Positions 19,067 to 29,001 of a DNA stretch of 47,896 nucleotides are shown in pieces (the first letter of the stretch is position 1; every line of letters starts with the position of its first letter). The stretch spans positions 1 through 47,896 of IMG/VR virus record IMGVR_UViG_3300005326_000061; one strand, given 5' to 3'. Below the pieces are notes generated by a model. That model ran no database searches and was not told where the DNA came from. It saw nothing but the letters and a program-made list of their open reading frames with translations. The translations under genes and the position numbers were made by a program. Source of the DNA: a virus (Duplodnaviria > Caudoviricetes).

Positions 19067-20222
19067 TTTTTTCCCAGCACTTCTTCATCTGATCCACCTT
19101 TTTGCTCTCGCTCAGGTGCACGTATATCATGGTTTGCTTAATATCGCTATGGCCTAGCAACTTTTGCAATGTTGCCAGGTCATCGGTTTTCTCCAGGAAT
19201 AGGGTTGCAAAGGTGTGCCTGGCGGAGTGGAAGCTTAACGGCTTATTGATTCCGCAGCTATCGGCAATGGTTTTAAGCATCCGGTTGGTTACAGGATCGG
19301 CGTAGGTTTTAAAAACAACCCCTTTAACCCGTAAGGGTGCAGCATCCTTGATCAACCTTTTGGTAAACCCGGTTAGCGGGATGGTAACCTGCTCGTGGCT
19401 GGTGTTCAACGTCTTTTCTGGCTTGAGAATGATCATATCGCCAACAATCTGCTCCATGCAAAAAGTCTTAACATCGCTAATGCGCAGCCCCGTACCGCAG
19501 GAGAATAGGTAGTATCGCAAAACCTCATGCAAGTTATCCTGAAGATGCCCCCTTTTATATATATCAATAAGGTGTAGCAGCTCCGGTTCGTTTAGGAACA
19601 GAATATTCCCCTTCTGCCGCTTGAGCTTGATAAAATCGAATGGGTTATCCTTGATGAGCCGCTTGCGCTTGGCTATATTGATGTACGCTTTTATGGTGGT
19701 TAGCGTTTTATGGGTGGTGTTGTTGTTATTGCCCAACTTTGTTTTTAGCACCTTTTGCATCTCCATAATGCAGTCCACGTTGATATCCATAAACTGCAAC
19801 CCCAGGAAGTAAGGTTTTAACTTATTCAGGATGGATTGGTGCCCGTGGGTGGTATTTAGGGCAATCATCCCTTTGCGCGAGTGCAGCTCTTTTTCAAAGA
19901 AGTCCCAAAAATCGGTATAATCTGTTGGGTTGGAGAATTCCCTATTAAATGCCTCTTGAGTTAATGGTCGGCCTTCCAGCTTAAACCTTACAAAAACGTT
20001 ATGGATCTGCGAGAGGGTATCGTTAATAAGCAGATTGTAGTCCTTATGCTTTTTAGCCGATGGGAGAACCCTCCCTTTTTCAGAATCGAAATCGTTCGAA
20101 GAGACGCTTACCCCAGTAGGAATTCTGATCTTTCTACGCCCTGCGTAGAACGTGCAGTATATTGCCGATGTGCCGTCGGCCTTAATGTAATTATCACGTT
20201 GATAAATCTTTACAGTGACCAT
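19056..20222 (-). CDS. int: Tyrosine integrase
   Basis: Arm-binding N-terminus, SAM-like domain, catalytic TGLRISD / HSARH / LGH / Y. Confidence 0.95.
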   Translation of the reverse strand: MVTVKIYQRDNYIKADGTSAIYCTFYAGRRKIRIPTGVSVSSNDFDSEKGRVLPSAKKHKDYNLLINDTLSQIHNVFVRFKLEGRPLTQEAFNREFSNPTDYTDFWDFFEKELHSRKGMIALNTTHGHQSILNKLKPYFLGLQFMDINVDCIMEMQKVLKTKLGNNNNTTHKTLTTIKAYINIAKRKRLIKDNPFDFIKLKRQKGNILFLNEPELLHLIDIYKRGHLQDNLHEVLRYYLFSCGTGLRISDVKTFCMEQIVGDMIILKPEKTLNTSHEQVTIPLTGFTKRLIKDAAPLRVKGVVFKTYADPVTNRMLKTIADSCGINKPLSFHSARHTFATLFLEKTDDLATLQKLLGHSDIKQTMIYVHLSESKKVDQMKKCWEKISL

Positions 20223-20309
20223 AAAAAATTGAGTCTAAATTGTGACTACAAGCACAGCTTTATCAGCCAGTTACACCCACCACACCCCTTACCAACCGCC
20301 TAAAATACC

Positions 20310-20354
20310 TAAGCCCACCTGTTTCAGGTGGGCTTACCGTGGTGCCACGTGGAA
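20310..20354 (-). other. Putative attP core (tRNA-Phe 3' end) plus replacement terminator hairpin
   Basis: Minus strand TTCCACGTGGCACCA (20340-20354), then 12-bp stem taagcccacctg/caggtgggctta (20310-20336). Confidence 0.7.
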
Positions 20355-20438
20355 AAAAACCCGCCAGTAGTTATTGCTCATCCTTAACTTATTGCAAACT
20401 TTGTAGGCGCAATTGTGCTATAATTGGGACTACAATAT

Positions 20439-20777
20439 TTAAGTTTCCTTTAAAACTCTTAATGCGTACTCGAAGATTTTGATCATTTTTTGATCAATTA
20501 CCTCTTTTCCTTGATAGATTACACTAGGTTCACTAATCACATCGTCCCTTCTCCCCTTCTCTATTTTATCTCCGTCCCCAGTTATTAACCATTCTAAATT
20601 ATACTGAGGCCATCTTTTGTATACTTTTATTATATAATTAATTTTTGGTACAAATTTTCCATTCTTCCATCCATTATAGGTTTGTACAGAAACGCCTATA
20701 AATTCACAAAACTTAATTTGATTAATTCCTAGCTCTTCTCTAACATTTTCTAATCTGTTAATCAGGGCTTTATCCAT
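20439..20777 (-). CDS. CI-like XRE repressor (no S24 peptidase domain)
   Basis: HTH 'LGINQIKFCEFIGVSVQTYNGWKNG', 'NLEWLITGDG'; divergent from a Cro-like gene. Confidence 0.85.
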   Translation of the reverse strand: MDKALINRLENVREELGINQIKFCEFIGVSVQTYNGWKNGKFVPKINYIIKVYKRWPQYNLEWLITGDGDKIEKGRRDDVISEPSVIYQGKEVIDQKMIKIFEYALRVLKET

Positions 20778-20922
20778 AACAATAGTTTAAAAATTAATTT
20801 TATCATTAATATTTATTAATGTTTTCTTGCTTTTTAATTAATTATATCTTTAATTTGTCCTTACAATATACGAACAAAAATACAACAGAACACTAACAAA
20901 GTAAATACCTAAAGGTTGTGAT
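20778..20922. promoter_or_regulatory. Lysis/lysogeny switch region
   Basis: AT-rich divergent gap; inverted repeat cattaata-tt-tattaatg (20804-20821); TTG at 20827 and TTAATTTG at 20850-20857. Confidence 0.6.
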
Positions 20923-21138
20923 ATGAGCAAGGAAATTAACCGGAAAGAGATCAAAAAAAATCTACAGAAAGGGGATATTAAGGAAGTTGCCGATAATCTT
21001 CAATTCTCCCCAGACTATGTAAGCCTTGTGCTTAAGGGCGAAAGAACAAATATGGAGGTGCTCGAGGCGCTTATCGCCAAATCGGAGGAGAACAAATCAA
21101 AAAGGGAACTACTCATTACTAGATCTAATAATCTATAA
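20923..21138 (+). CDS. Cro-like HTH protein
   Basis: 71 aa 'IKEVADNLQFSPDYVSLVLKGER'. Confidence 0.8.
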   Translation: MSKEINRKEIKKNLQKGDIKEVADNLQFSPDYVSLVLKGERTNMEVLEALIAKSEENKSKRELLITRSNNL

Positions 21139-21142
21139 ACTT

Positions 21143-21697
21143 ATGGAACTACCGGCAGGGTTAACGGATAAAAACGTGGAAATCTTTGTGAAGGACGATG
21201 AGATTTTTGCCATTCATAATGGTAAAGTGCTACCATTCGACTATCTCCCCACTGAAATTGTTGAACTGTTTATGGATGATATGCTCCATAACACCGGTGC
21301 GGTTTTTTGCCTGCACAAAATGGGCATGAAGAACATCAACGATATGCTTAGGCAGTACGTTAAATGCCGCTTTGGTGGGCTCGATAAGCGTGCCGATTTG
21401 GACACTACCCGCAAGGATATTAACCCCGACTACTGGGACTGCGGCAAGCGCGATAGCTGCCCTTACCAGTTCGCAATCTGCGATAGGGTTCGCGTGGGCG
21501 ATATCTACCTTACCATAAAACAGATTGAGGTGGTAAAGCATATCGCCGCAGGTCTAACCGATAAGGAGACCGCCGTTAGGCTGAACATCTCCATTGATAC
21601 GCTGCACACCCACACCAAGAATATCCACTACAAGCTGGGCGTGCACAGCCAGAGCGAGGTTACCACATTTGCCTTAAGAAATAACCTAATTCAGTAG
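21143..21697 (+). CDS. LuxR-type HTH regulator with Cys-rich segment
   Basis: 'LTIKQIEVVKHIAAGLTDKETAVRLNISIDTLHTH..NIHYKLG'; ATG at 21143. Confidence 0.85.
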   Translation: MELPAGLTDKNVEIFVKDDEIFAIHNGKVLPFDYLPTEIVELFMDDMLHNTGAVFCLHKMGMKNINDMLRQYVKCRFGGLDKRADLDTTRKDINPDYWDCGKRDSCPYQFAICDRVRVGDIYLTIKQIEVVKHIAAGLTDKETAVRLNISIDTLHTHTKNIHYKLGVHSQSEVTTFALRNNLIQ

Positions 21698-21702
21698 CCG
21701 CC

Positions 21703-22041
21703 ATGACAGATGTTGAAGCCCGTAAATGGTTACGAGGTATAGTTAACCAACGCTTATACCTGATCCGCACTGAGCGGAACCACAAGAACAAGCAGCTGAT
21801 GATTGGCATTGCCACACGCCTGGATGCGCTGCTCAAAACCTACACGTTTAAAGGCGATAAGATATTTGATCTGGTGCAACGCCACAAGGTGGATATTATG
21901 ATGATTATCCCCGCCAACAACGCTGAGCAGAAGAACTACCAAACCCTAAATACTTTATTACTATGCGACCCGATGAACAGGAATTCATTAACGAGCACAA
22001 GGCAACCATTGCCTACCCAATTGCAGCTGCAGCTATCATAG
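21703..22041 (+). CDS. Hypothetical protein
   Basis: 112 aa ORF in early operon. Confidence 0.6.
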   Translation: MTDVEARKWLRGIVNQRLYLIRTERNHKNKQLMIGIATRLDALLKTYTFKGDKIFDLVQRHKVDIMMIIPANNAEQKNYQTLNTLLLCDPMNRNSLTSTRQPLPTQLQLQLS

Positions 22042-22083
22042 CAGCCATTGTAATACTAGTGCTAATATATAAAGGAATTGTAT

Positions 22084-22374
22084 ATGCATTTTTTTAGGAA
22101 TAGCAACGGGAGCAAGTTTATCTACACGGATGATAAGCAGTGCATGATCATCAGCTTTACGGAGACCACCTTTAGCGTTACCGGCTACCAGTTCCCGTTT
22201 GCCAAGCTGGAGGGTGAGGTTCTGGAGGATAGCTCCTACGATGAGTTCTTTGGCGCATACGATAGGATCACCAGCCGGTTTACGGGGGTAGCAATTAATA
22301 AACCAAATAAAGGGCTAAGGGCACTTCTAAAAGATGCTCCCTATAAGCATAAGGCAACATTTATTACAAAATAA
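22084..22374 (+). CDS. Hypothetical protein
   Basis: ORF in early operon. Confidence 0.6.
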   Translation: MHFFRNSNGSKFIYTDDKQCMIISFTETTFSVTGYQFPFAKLEGEVLEDSSYDEFFGAYDRITSRFTGVAINKPNKGLRALLKDAPYKHKATFITK

Positions 22375-22406
22375 CTCACTAACTAATAACTTAATAACTA
22401 CACCCA

Positions 22407-22649
22407 ATGGACAAGCTAGGCAAAAAAGGAAAAGACAAGATCACCGGGTTTACCGGGATTATCACCGCTAAAATCTTTTATCTATACGGGTGCGCCCAGT
22501 ATGGGCTATCGCCTGAGATAGACAAGGATGGCAAAAAGCCACAAATGGAGTGGTTTGATGAGGGCCGTATTGAGATTATTGGCCCTGGAGTATCCGCCCA
22601 GGAGGTACAGGCTGATGAACCAGGGTGCGAGTTTAACGACCACCCATAA
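22407..22649 (+). CDS. Small phage protein
   Basis: 'DKITGFTGIITA...YLYGC...WFDEGR' pattern common in phage ORFs. Confidence 0.75.
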   Translation: MDKLGKKGKDKITGFTGIITAKIFYLYGCAQYGLSPEIDKDGKKPQMEWFDEGRIEIIGPGVSAQEVQADEPGCEFNDHP

Positions 22650-22656
22650 CCGCACA

Positions 22657-22729
22657 CGCGGGAGGGTGAAAAGGCTTACACGCTGGGCTCATAACCCAGA
22701 GATATTGGGTTCGAATCCCATTCCCGCAA
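22657..22729 (+). tRNA. tRNA-Met(CAT), initiator-like, degenerate
   Basis: Acceptor cgcggga/tcccgca with C1:A72 mismatch; anticodon arm ctggg-ctCATaa-cccag; T-loop ttcgaat; no encoded CCA. Confidence 0.75.
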
Positions 22730-22839
22730 CAAGGCAGTTTAGAGCCTAGCCGTAGCATGCTTGGCACCGAATCTAAATAAAGCATGTACCGAAGCGGTAG
22801 CAATACCGCTTCTTTTAACCACAAAAAAAGGAAGGAACT

Positions 22840-23097
22840 ATGAAATTCATTAACTCAAACTACAAGGCCTGCGTTCAGCTGGCTGAGAGCAAAAGCGACG
22901 AGGAGAAAACATGGCTTATCAACCAGTACCCCACCCTTAAGAATATGGTTTGCGGCCTGGTTGGGCTTATCCGCGCGCAGAAAGAGCAGGACATCTCCGT
23001 GGATGACTGGGAGTGTGATTTTTCCAACGCCATCTGGAGGGATATCCAAAAAAAGGAGCTACCCGATTTCCATGCTGAAATGGTAGAGAAGCATTAA
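22840..23097 (+). CDS. Hypothetical protein
   Basis: 85 aa ORF. Confidence 0.65.
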   Translation: MKFINSNYKACVQLAESKSDEEKTWLINQYPTLKNMVCGLVGLIRAQKEQDISVDDWECDFSNAIWRDIQKKELPDFHAEMVEKH

Positions 23098-23119
23098 CTC
23101 TATAAAATCGTAAATACCA

Positions 23120-23278
23120 ATGAAAAAACAAAAAACAGCATTAGATCAGTGCAAAAATTGCATTCACTTTCAATGGAGGTCATTTGGTTTCATTAAATGC
23201 TCATCAGAGGGAGTATTATTGGTTCGTAGATTAAGAAAAATTCTACACTGCGCGGCACAATCGTATCTCAAATTGTAA
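23120..23278 (+). CDS. Small Cys-containing protein (52 aa)
   Basis: MKKQKTALDQCKNCIHF...; CxxC plus two further Cys. Confidence 0.5.
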   Translation: MKKQKTALDQCKNCIHFQWRSFGFIKCSSEGVLLVRRLRKILHCAAQSYLKL

Positions 23279-23317
23279 ATCTCAAAATCGTAAATCTTAC
23301 ATCTCACATTCTCTCCC

Positions 23318-26300
23318 ATGTTTATCCCAGAAGAAATTAAAGAAACCATACTCCTCAAAGCCGAAGGTAAGCTGAAAGAGGTTATCGAGGATTTTACCAA
23401 GCTGCGCAAGGAGGGTGCATCCCTCAAGGGCAAGTGCCCTATTTGCCATAACGAAAAGAGCCTAGCGATTACCCCGGCCAAGGGAATTTTTAAGTGCTTT
23501 AAGTGCGATTTTGGTGGCAACAACGCCATCACCTACCTGATGAAGGGGCACGATAAAAGCTACCCCGAGGCGTTGAAGTACCTTGGCGATAAGTTCAACG
23601 TGTTCTGGGATGATAAGCCGGTGGTTCTGGCCCCTGCCAAGAACAGGAAGAAGGACGATAAGCAGATCTCCTTCTGCGAGAGAACCCTCTTAGCCTCCGG
23701 GCTAACCTCCGAGGATGTTAACGCCACGCTAAAAACCGAGGATGGTACCATAAAATCATACCGTAGGCCAACCTTTAGACCCGGTACCATAGACCAGTTT
23801 GGCCGCTTGGTGGATGGCGACGATATCATCATAGAATACTACGATCTGGAGGGTGCGCAGATCACCTACCAGAAGAAGAACTCCAACAAGGAGGAATCGT
23901 TTTTCCGTATTCGCTGGCAAAACCCCAGCCTGCACCTCGATAAGGATGGAACACCCTACAAGTACAAATCCCCAACCGGTGGCGGAACTCACCTTTACAT
24001 TCCTGATCGGTTAAGAGATCTATACAAGCGCAAGAGGAAGATTAAAACGCTATTCATCCAGGAGGGTGAGAAGAAGGCGGAGAAGTGCTGCAAGCACGAT
24101 ATTCCCAGCGTGGGCATTGCCGGAATCCATTGCATCGCCATAAATGGCGCATTGCCATCGGAATTCCAGCAGATCATCCAAACGTGCCAGGTGGAGAATG
24201 TTTGCTTTATTGTGGATGGCGACTGGGATGAGCTGAGCGCAAACCTAAAAGTGGGCGATAGGGTGGACAAACGCCCGCGCACGTTCCTTAACGCAGCCAT
24301 CAACTACAAGAACTACTTTAGGGCGTTCTACAACCAGGGCATAAACATCGAGATCTACTTTGGATACTTGACTAAAGGGCCCGATAAGGGCACCGATGAC
24401 CTGCTGGCCAACACGCTCAAGGGGAAAGAGGGAGAGCTCATCAAGGAGATTGAAGCCCTGATGAACCAGAAGGAGATGAAGGGGGAACACCTTGAGCTGC
24501 ACCGCGTAAGCGCGTGGAATGACTTTAAGCTGGAGCAGCTCTGGAGCCTGGATAACACCTTTGAGTTTGCCAAAAGGCATAAATCAATTCTGGAGAATTT
24601 GCCCGAATTTATTATTGGCAGGCATAAGTGGCGTTTTACCGATGGCAAATTTGAGAGCGCACAACCGCTGGAGAATGAGGAGCAGTACTGGGTGATTGAG
24701 GAGTGGGAGGATAGAACGGGCAAAAAGCGCAGGCAGGAGAACTTTGACTACGCCAACTGCTTCAACTTTCTTTTTAACCGTGGGTTTGGCAGGGTATCGA
24801 TGTACAGCAGCGATTTTACCTTTGCCCGCATACAGCAAAAGATTTTAGTTCCGCAGGAGCCGTGGCAGATCAGGGATTTTGTAACGGAGTTTACCAAGGC
24901 TGTTGCGCCTAAAACAATACTTAACATGATTTACAGGGGTGGTCCCCAATACCTAGGCCCCGATAAGCTGAGCAACCTCGATTTTATTAACCCCAACTAC
25001 ATCAAACCCGAGAAGGATAGCCAATTCCTATACTTTAAGGATTGCGCCTGGAAGATCACCGCCCATGGCATCAAGGAGGTTGGGATTAATGATATAGATC
25101 ATCAGGTTTGGGCGGAGAGCGTGATGGACTTCTCCGCCAAGCTGATGAGTAAACCCCTGCTCGATGTGGAACGAATCACCCAGGAGTTTATTAGCCAGCT
25201 CCCCTCCGATAAGAAGGAGGCCTACATCGACCTGAAGGGTAATTTCCTTTACGATGTGAGCGACGATGGGCTCAAGTGCCACTTCCTAAAATTCTTGGAG
25301 AATACGAGCGATTTTACGTGGAGAAAATCCGATAAGGAGGTAACCATTGAGGATAAAACGGAGAATGCCCATCACTTTATTGCCAAGCTTTGCGCCATAG
25401 GCTATTTGCTTCACGGGTACAAGAACAAGAGCATCACCAAGGCGGTGGTTGGGATGGACGGGAAGCAGAGCGAGGTGGGAATATCCAACGGCCGATCGGG
25501 AAAATCATTGCTGGGCAACGCGGTTGGTGAGGTAATTCACCAGTGCTACATCCCGGGCAAAATGAAGAACCTTACCGATGATGCCTTTATCTTTGATGGG
25601 GTAACCGAAAAGCACAAGAACGTATTTATTGACGATGTGCGTACCAACTTCGACTTTGAATTCCTGTTCCCATCCATCACCGGCAACATGTCCGTGAACA
25701 AGAAGGGCGATAGGCGCTTTGTGCTGCACTTCGATCAGTCGCCCAAGTTCTACATATCAACCAACCATGCCCTGAATGGCGATGGGAGCAGCTTTAAGGA
25801 TAGGCAGTGGCTAATTGCCTTCTCCGATTTTTACAACGCGGAGCATAAGCCGGTGGATGATTTTGGCGTTCCGTTCTTTGATGAGTGGGATTACGATCAG
25901 CGTAACCTGTTCTACAACCTTATGGCCGTGTGCATTCAGCTATGGTTTAGGTTTGGCGTGGTGGAAAGCCCAAGTGAGCGCCTCGAGGCGCGCCGTTTAC
26001 GCCAGCAGATTGGGGAGGATTTTCTGATGTGGGCCGATGAGTACTACAGCGATGCCAACCGGATCAACGCCCGGCTGATCAGAAAATCGATGTACGATAA
26101 CTTTATGGAATCGTTCCCTAACCAGCGCAAGTACTGCACCGCATCAGTATTCAAGAAAAAGCTGCTCTGCTACTGCGAGTACAAAGGTTACCGGTTTAAC
26201 CCGCACAAGTTTGACCCCAGCAACGGTGAGCCGCTATTCCGCGATAAGGACGGCAAGGCCATATCGGACGATAAATCGGGCGGGATTGAGTTTTTTACCG

Positions 26301-26359
26301 TGGCCAACGAAAACTTTGATATCAACCGCGAGGGCTTTTTTAAGGAGGATCTTTTATGA
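23318..26359 (+). CDS. Primase-helicase (Zn finger + TOPRIM + P-loop)
   Basis: CPICH..FKCFKC zinc finger; TOPRIM 'EGEKKA..DGD..KGTDD'; Walker A 'NGRSGKS', Walker B 'VFIDD'. Confidence 0.9.
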   Translation: MFIPEEIKETILLKAEGKLKEVIEDFTKLRKEGASLKGKCPICHNEKSLAITPAKGIFKCFKCDFGGNNAITYLMKGHDKSYPEALKYLGDKFNVFWDDKPVVLAPAKNRKKDDKQISFCERTLLASGLTSEDVNATLKTEDGTIKSYRRPTFRPGTIDQFGRLVDGDDIIIEYYDLEGAQITYQKKNSNKEESFFRIRWQNPSLHLDKDGTPYKYKSPTGGGTHLYIPDRLRDLYKRKRKIKTLFIQEGEKKAEKCCKHDIPSVGIAGIHCIAINGALPSEFQQIIQTCQVENVCFIVDGDWDELSANLKVGDRVDKRPRTFLNAAINYKNYFRAFYNQGINIEIYFGYLTKGPDKGTDDLLANTLKGKEGELIKEIEALMNQKEMKGEHLELHRVSAWNDFKLEQLWSLDNTFEFAKRHKSILENLPEFIIGRHKWRFTDGKFESAQPLENEEQYWVIEEWEDRTGKKRRQENFDYANCFNFLFNRGFGRVSMYSSDFTFARIQQKILVPQEPWQIRDFVTEFTKAVAPKTILNMIYRGGPQYLGPDKLSNLDFINPNYIKPEKDSQFLYFKDCAWKITAHGIKEVGINDIDHQVWAESVMDFSAKLMSKPLLDVERITQEFISQLPSDKKEAYIDLKGNFLYDVSDDGLKCHFLKFLENTSDFTWRKSDKEVTIEDKTENAHHFIAKLCAIGYLLHGYKNKSITKAVVGMDGKQSEVGISNGRSGKSLLGNAVGEVIHQCYIPGKMKNLTDDAFIFDGVTEKHKNVFIDDVRTNFDFEFLFPSITGNMSVNKKGDRRFVLHFDQSPKFYISTNHALNGDGSSFKDRQWLIAFSDFYNAEHKPVDDFGVPFFDEWDYDQRNLFYNLMAVCIQLWFRFGVVESPSERLEARRLRQQIGEDFLMWADEYYSDANRINARLIRKSMYDNFMESFPNQRKYCTASVFKKKLLCYCEYKGYRFNPHKFDPSNGEPLFRDKDGKAISDDKSGGIEFFTVANENFDINREGFFKEDLL

Positions 26360-26655
26360 ATCAGGAGCTAGACCCACGCATGACCACCTGCAACAGCACC
26401 CGTGGCGATTACATCAACAACGTGTACCGCTACCTGAAGACGTTGGCACCCGGTACCAAGGTGGAGATTGCCAAAGTATCCAAAAACCCAGAGGAGTTTA
26501 CGGAGGCGGTAAAGTTCATAATTGATCTGCGCATGACAGAGGTAGTATTTACAAACGACTATAAGTGTATAATTAAAAGGGAGGAGATAAGCTATGATGA
26601 GCATAATACAGATAAGCGTGTACGCGATGCCGGGAGTACCCAAAGAGCCGAATGA
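26356..26655 (+). CDS. Hypothetical protein
   Basis: 99 aa, coupled to primase. Confidence 0.6.
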   Translation: MNQELDPRMTTCNSTRGDYINNVYRYLKTLAPGTKVEIAKVSKNPEEFTEAVKFIIDLRMTEVVFTNDYKCIIKREEISYDEHNTDKRVRDAGSTQRAE

Positions 26656-26998
26656 CATTGCAAGGCGCGTGATTAAAAATGTATTTAAGATTGAGCCAGA
26701 CACTATGCTACAAAAAACCAGAAAAACGGAGGTTAGGTTTCCGCGCCAGCTGGCGGTAACGCTTATATTCTGCTCCGGGGTTTCATGTAGCAAAACGGGG
26801 TGGATGTACAGGATAGACCACGCCACAGTTCTACATTCCAAGGATAAGATTACCGAGATACTGGAAACAAAGTTCCCTAAGGAGGATTACAACAAGGTGA
26901 TCAGCGCAATTCAGGAGTACAAAACCTACTTCCCCAATATCGATCTCACCGATCTACCTGGCCCGTGGAATGAAGAAATTTTAAGCCTAGAACAATGA
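26594..26998 (+). CDS. DnaA C-terminal (domain IV)-like HTH protein
   Basis: 'RKTEVRFPRQLA...DHATVLHS' resembles the DnaA domain IV signature. Confidence 0.7.
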   Translation: MMSIIQISVYAMPGVPKEPNDIARRVIKNVFKIEPDTMLQKTRKTEVRFPRQLAVTLIFCSGVSCSKTGWMYRIDHATVLHSKDKITEILETKFPKEDYNKVISAIQEYKTYFPNIDLTDLPGPWNEEILSLEQ

Positions 26999-27264
26999 GC
27001 GAATACGAGCTAACCTTTGGGCAGATCCCAATAAACGCCAGAATAAACGCCAAAAATAATAAAAAGCCCTGGCGTAAGATCGATTGGACACCAGCCATGC
27101 TGGAGGCGGTGCGCACGCGCTACCCGGTGGAGTTTAACTGTGATCTGGCCAAGGAGCTGGGTGTTGGCTGGAGAACTTTGATCAGGAAGGCAAGAGAACT
27201 GGGTGTTGAAAAGGAGCCCGATTTCTGCAATAAGCATCGGGCTAACCCGGTTAACCAAAATTAA
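26995..27264 (+). CDS. Small HTH protein
   Basis: 'WTPAML..YP..LAKELGVGWRTLIRKARELG'. Confidence 0.6.
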   Translation: MSEYELTFGQIPINARINAKNNKKPWRKIDWTPAMLEAVRTRYPVEFNCDLAKELGVGWRTLIRKARELGVEKEPDFCNKHRANPVNQN

Positions 27265-27275
27265 TTTTAGGTAGT

Positions 27276-27509
27276 ATGACATCTGCTGAAAAATACTTTA
27301 ATGATAGGTCACGCGCGAAGCGTAAAGAGCTACTTGCCTATTACCAGAAGCTGGTAGATATAGAGGAGGGGCGTTTAACCCACTTCACGAATAAAGCGGG
27401 TAAGCAAACCCCATACCTAAAAATGCCCTGGATGCTACCCCACTGGAAAAAAGGATTGGAAATATTACAAATAGTTATGAAGAGCAAAGGAGAACTTAAT
27501 AACCAATAA
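27276..27509 (+). CDS. Hypothetical protein
   Basis: 77 aa ORF. Confidence 0.6.
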   Translation: MTSAEKYFNDRSRAKRKELLAYYQKLVDIEEGRLTHFTNKAGKQTPYLKMPWMLPHWKKGLEILQIVMKSKGELNNQ

Positions 27510-27512
27510 CTT

Positions 27513-27692
27513 ATGAAACTAGATGAGCTAATTGAAAAGTTAACTGAAATCAAGTTGGAACATGAGCATTACGGAAAACTTGATATCATCAGAAAAACAA
27601 AGAAGGATAATACCAAAGATTTGGTTGATATCCGTGTAAAATTCGGAAACTGTGTAATTATGAGAGATTCAATAATACTTGAATTTGACTAG
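27513..27692 (+). CDS. Hypothetical protein (59 aa)
   Basis: MKLDELIEKL...ILEFD*; fills the operon gap. Confidence 0.6.
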   Translation: MKLDELIEKLTEIKLEHEHYGKLDIIRKTKKDNTKDLVDIRVKFGNCVIMRDSIILEFD

Positions 27693-27748
27693 TAACTACC
27701 CATAAACCCAGAACTCAAAACCAATAACTTAATAACTCAATAACCAAT

Positions 27749-28453
27749 ATGAAATACCACCCCATTCTATTCAGCACCCCGATGGTACGGGCAATTCTTG
27801 AAGGAAGAAAAACCCAGACCAGGAGAATTCTAAAACGTCAACCATCTAGTAAAGAATTTTACATTAATGATAAATGCCCATACGGTCAGGTTGGGGATTT
27901 ACTTTGGGTAAGGGAAACAATTCGTTTAGGTGCTTGGAGAGAAGATGGTAGAATGGCCTTTGATTATAAGGCATCGCCAGAAATAAAAAACACACCATGG
28001 GTAAATTTTGATAACGTTGATGATGGAGAAAAGTTTGAAAAATTTTGGATTAAAATATGCAACGAACTTCATAAGAAAAACATTTCTCCAGATAAACAAG
28101 GTCATTATACATGGGAGCCTGGTAATTCTCCTTTGAATTGGATCCCATCCATTTTCATGCCCAAAGCAGCCTGCCGGATTTGGCTGGAGATAACCGATAT
28201 TCATGTTAACCTCTTAAATGATATCAGAAGACAGGATGCTTTAGCCGAGGGTATTTATGAAGGAGTTGAACTTGAGGATACCAAGCACGAAGAAACTTAC
28301 TACCAATACATTTTTGGAGGTAAAGAATTTAAAACTGCTATAGATGCTTATAAAGCACTTTGGCAAAAAATCAATGGTAAAGACTCCTGGAATACAAACC
28401 CCTGGGTTTGGGTAGTTGAATTCAAACGGGTGGAGAAACCAGCTGAATTCTGA
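27749..28453 (+). CDS. ASCH/PUA-like phage protein
   Basis: 'PILFSTPMVRAILEGRKTQTRR', 'CPYG..GDLLWVRET', 'PSIFMP..ACRIWLEIT', 'NPWVWVVEF'. Confidence 0.8.
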   Translation: MKYHPILFSTPMVRAILEGRKTQTRRILKRQPSSKEFYINDKCPYGQVGDLLWVRETIRLGAWREDGRMAFDYKASPEIKNTPWVNFDNVDDGEKFEKFWIKICNELHKKNISPDKQGHYTWEPGNSPLNWIPSIFMPKAACRIWLEITDIHVNLLNDIRRQDALAEGIYEGVELEDTKHEETYYQYIFGGKEFKTAIDAYKALWQKINGKDSWNTNPWVWVVEFKRVEKPAEF

Positions 28454-28500
28454 CTTCTGAATTCTTACTTCTGACTACTAATTTACTTAACATAATTAAC

Positions 28501-29001
28501 ATGAAAACCAACCGAACAATCGTGAGCGCTGCCTACGGTACGCATATAACCCCGCTAGTAGCAGCATTTTTGAATACAAAAGGAGCAGTTTTAGAGCTGG
28601 GAATGGGGGATTACTCTACACCGGTTTTGAATATGCTCTGTAAATCACAAAAAAGACGTTTAATTTCAGTAGAAAGCGATATAGAATGGGCTGAAAATTT
28701 TATTGATCTTAATATTGATGATCATTTTATAATGATGTATGATGATTTTAATTTAGACGATAACGACAAGATGAAATTCGGCTTGGTGCTTATTGATCAT
28801 GCCCCAGCCGAAAATCGGGTTAAGGATATGATCCGTCTGCGCGCTAGAGCCGATGTTTTTGTGGTGCACGATACTGAGAAAACCAAGTGGTATGGCTGGG
28901 AGCCCACCCTCTCCAGCTTCAAGTACCGCTACGATTACCCCCGATACGCCAAGCGCACCACCCTGCTCAGCGATACGATAGATGTAAGCAAGTTCTTTTA
29001 A
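28501..29001 (+). CDS. Class I SAM-dependent methyltransferase-like protein
   Basis: 'VLELGMG.YST', 'ISVES', 'VLIDH', 'VVHD'. Confidence 0.6.
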   Translation: MKTNRTIVSAAYGTHITPLVAAFLNTKGAVLELGMGDYSTPVLNMLCKSQKRRLISVESDIEWAENFIDLNIDDHFIMMYDDFNLDDNDKMKFGLVLIDHAPAENRVKDMIRLRARADVFVVHDTEKTKWYGWEPTLSSFKYRYDYPRYAKRTTLLSDTIDVSKFF

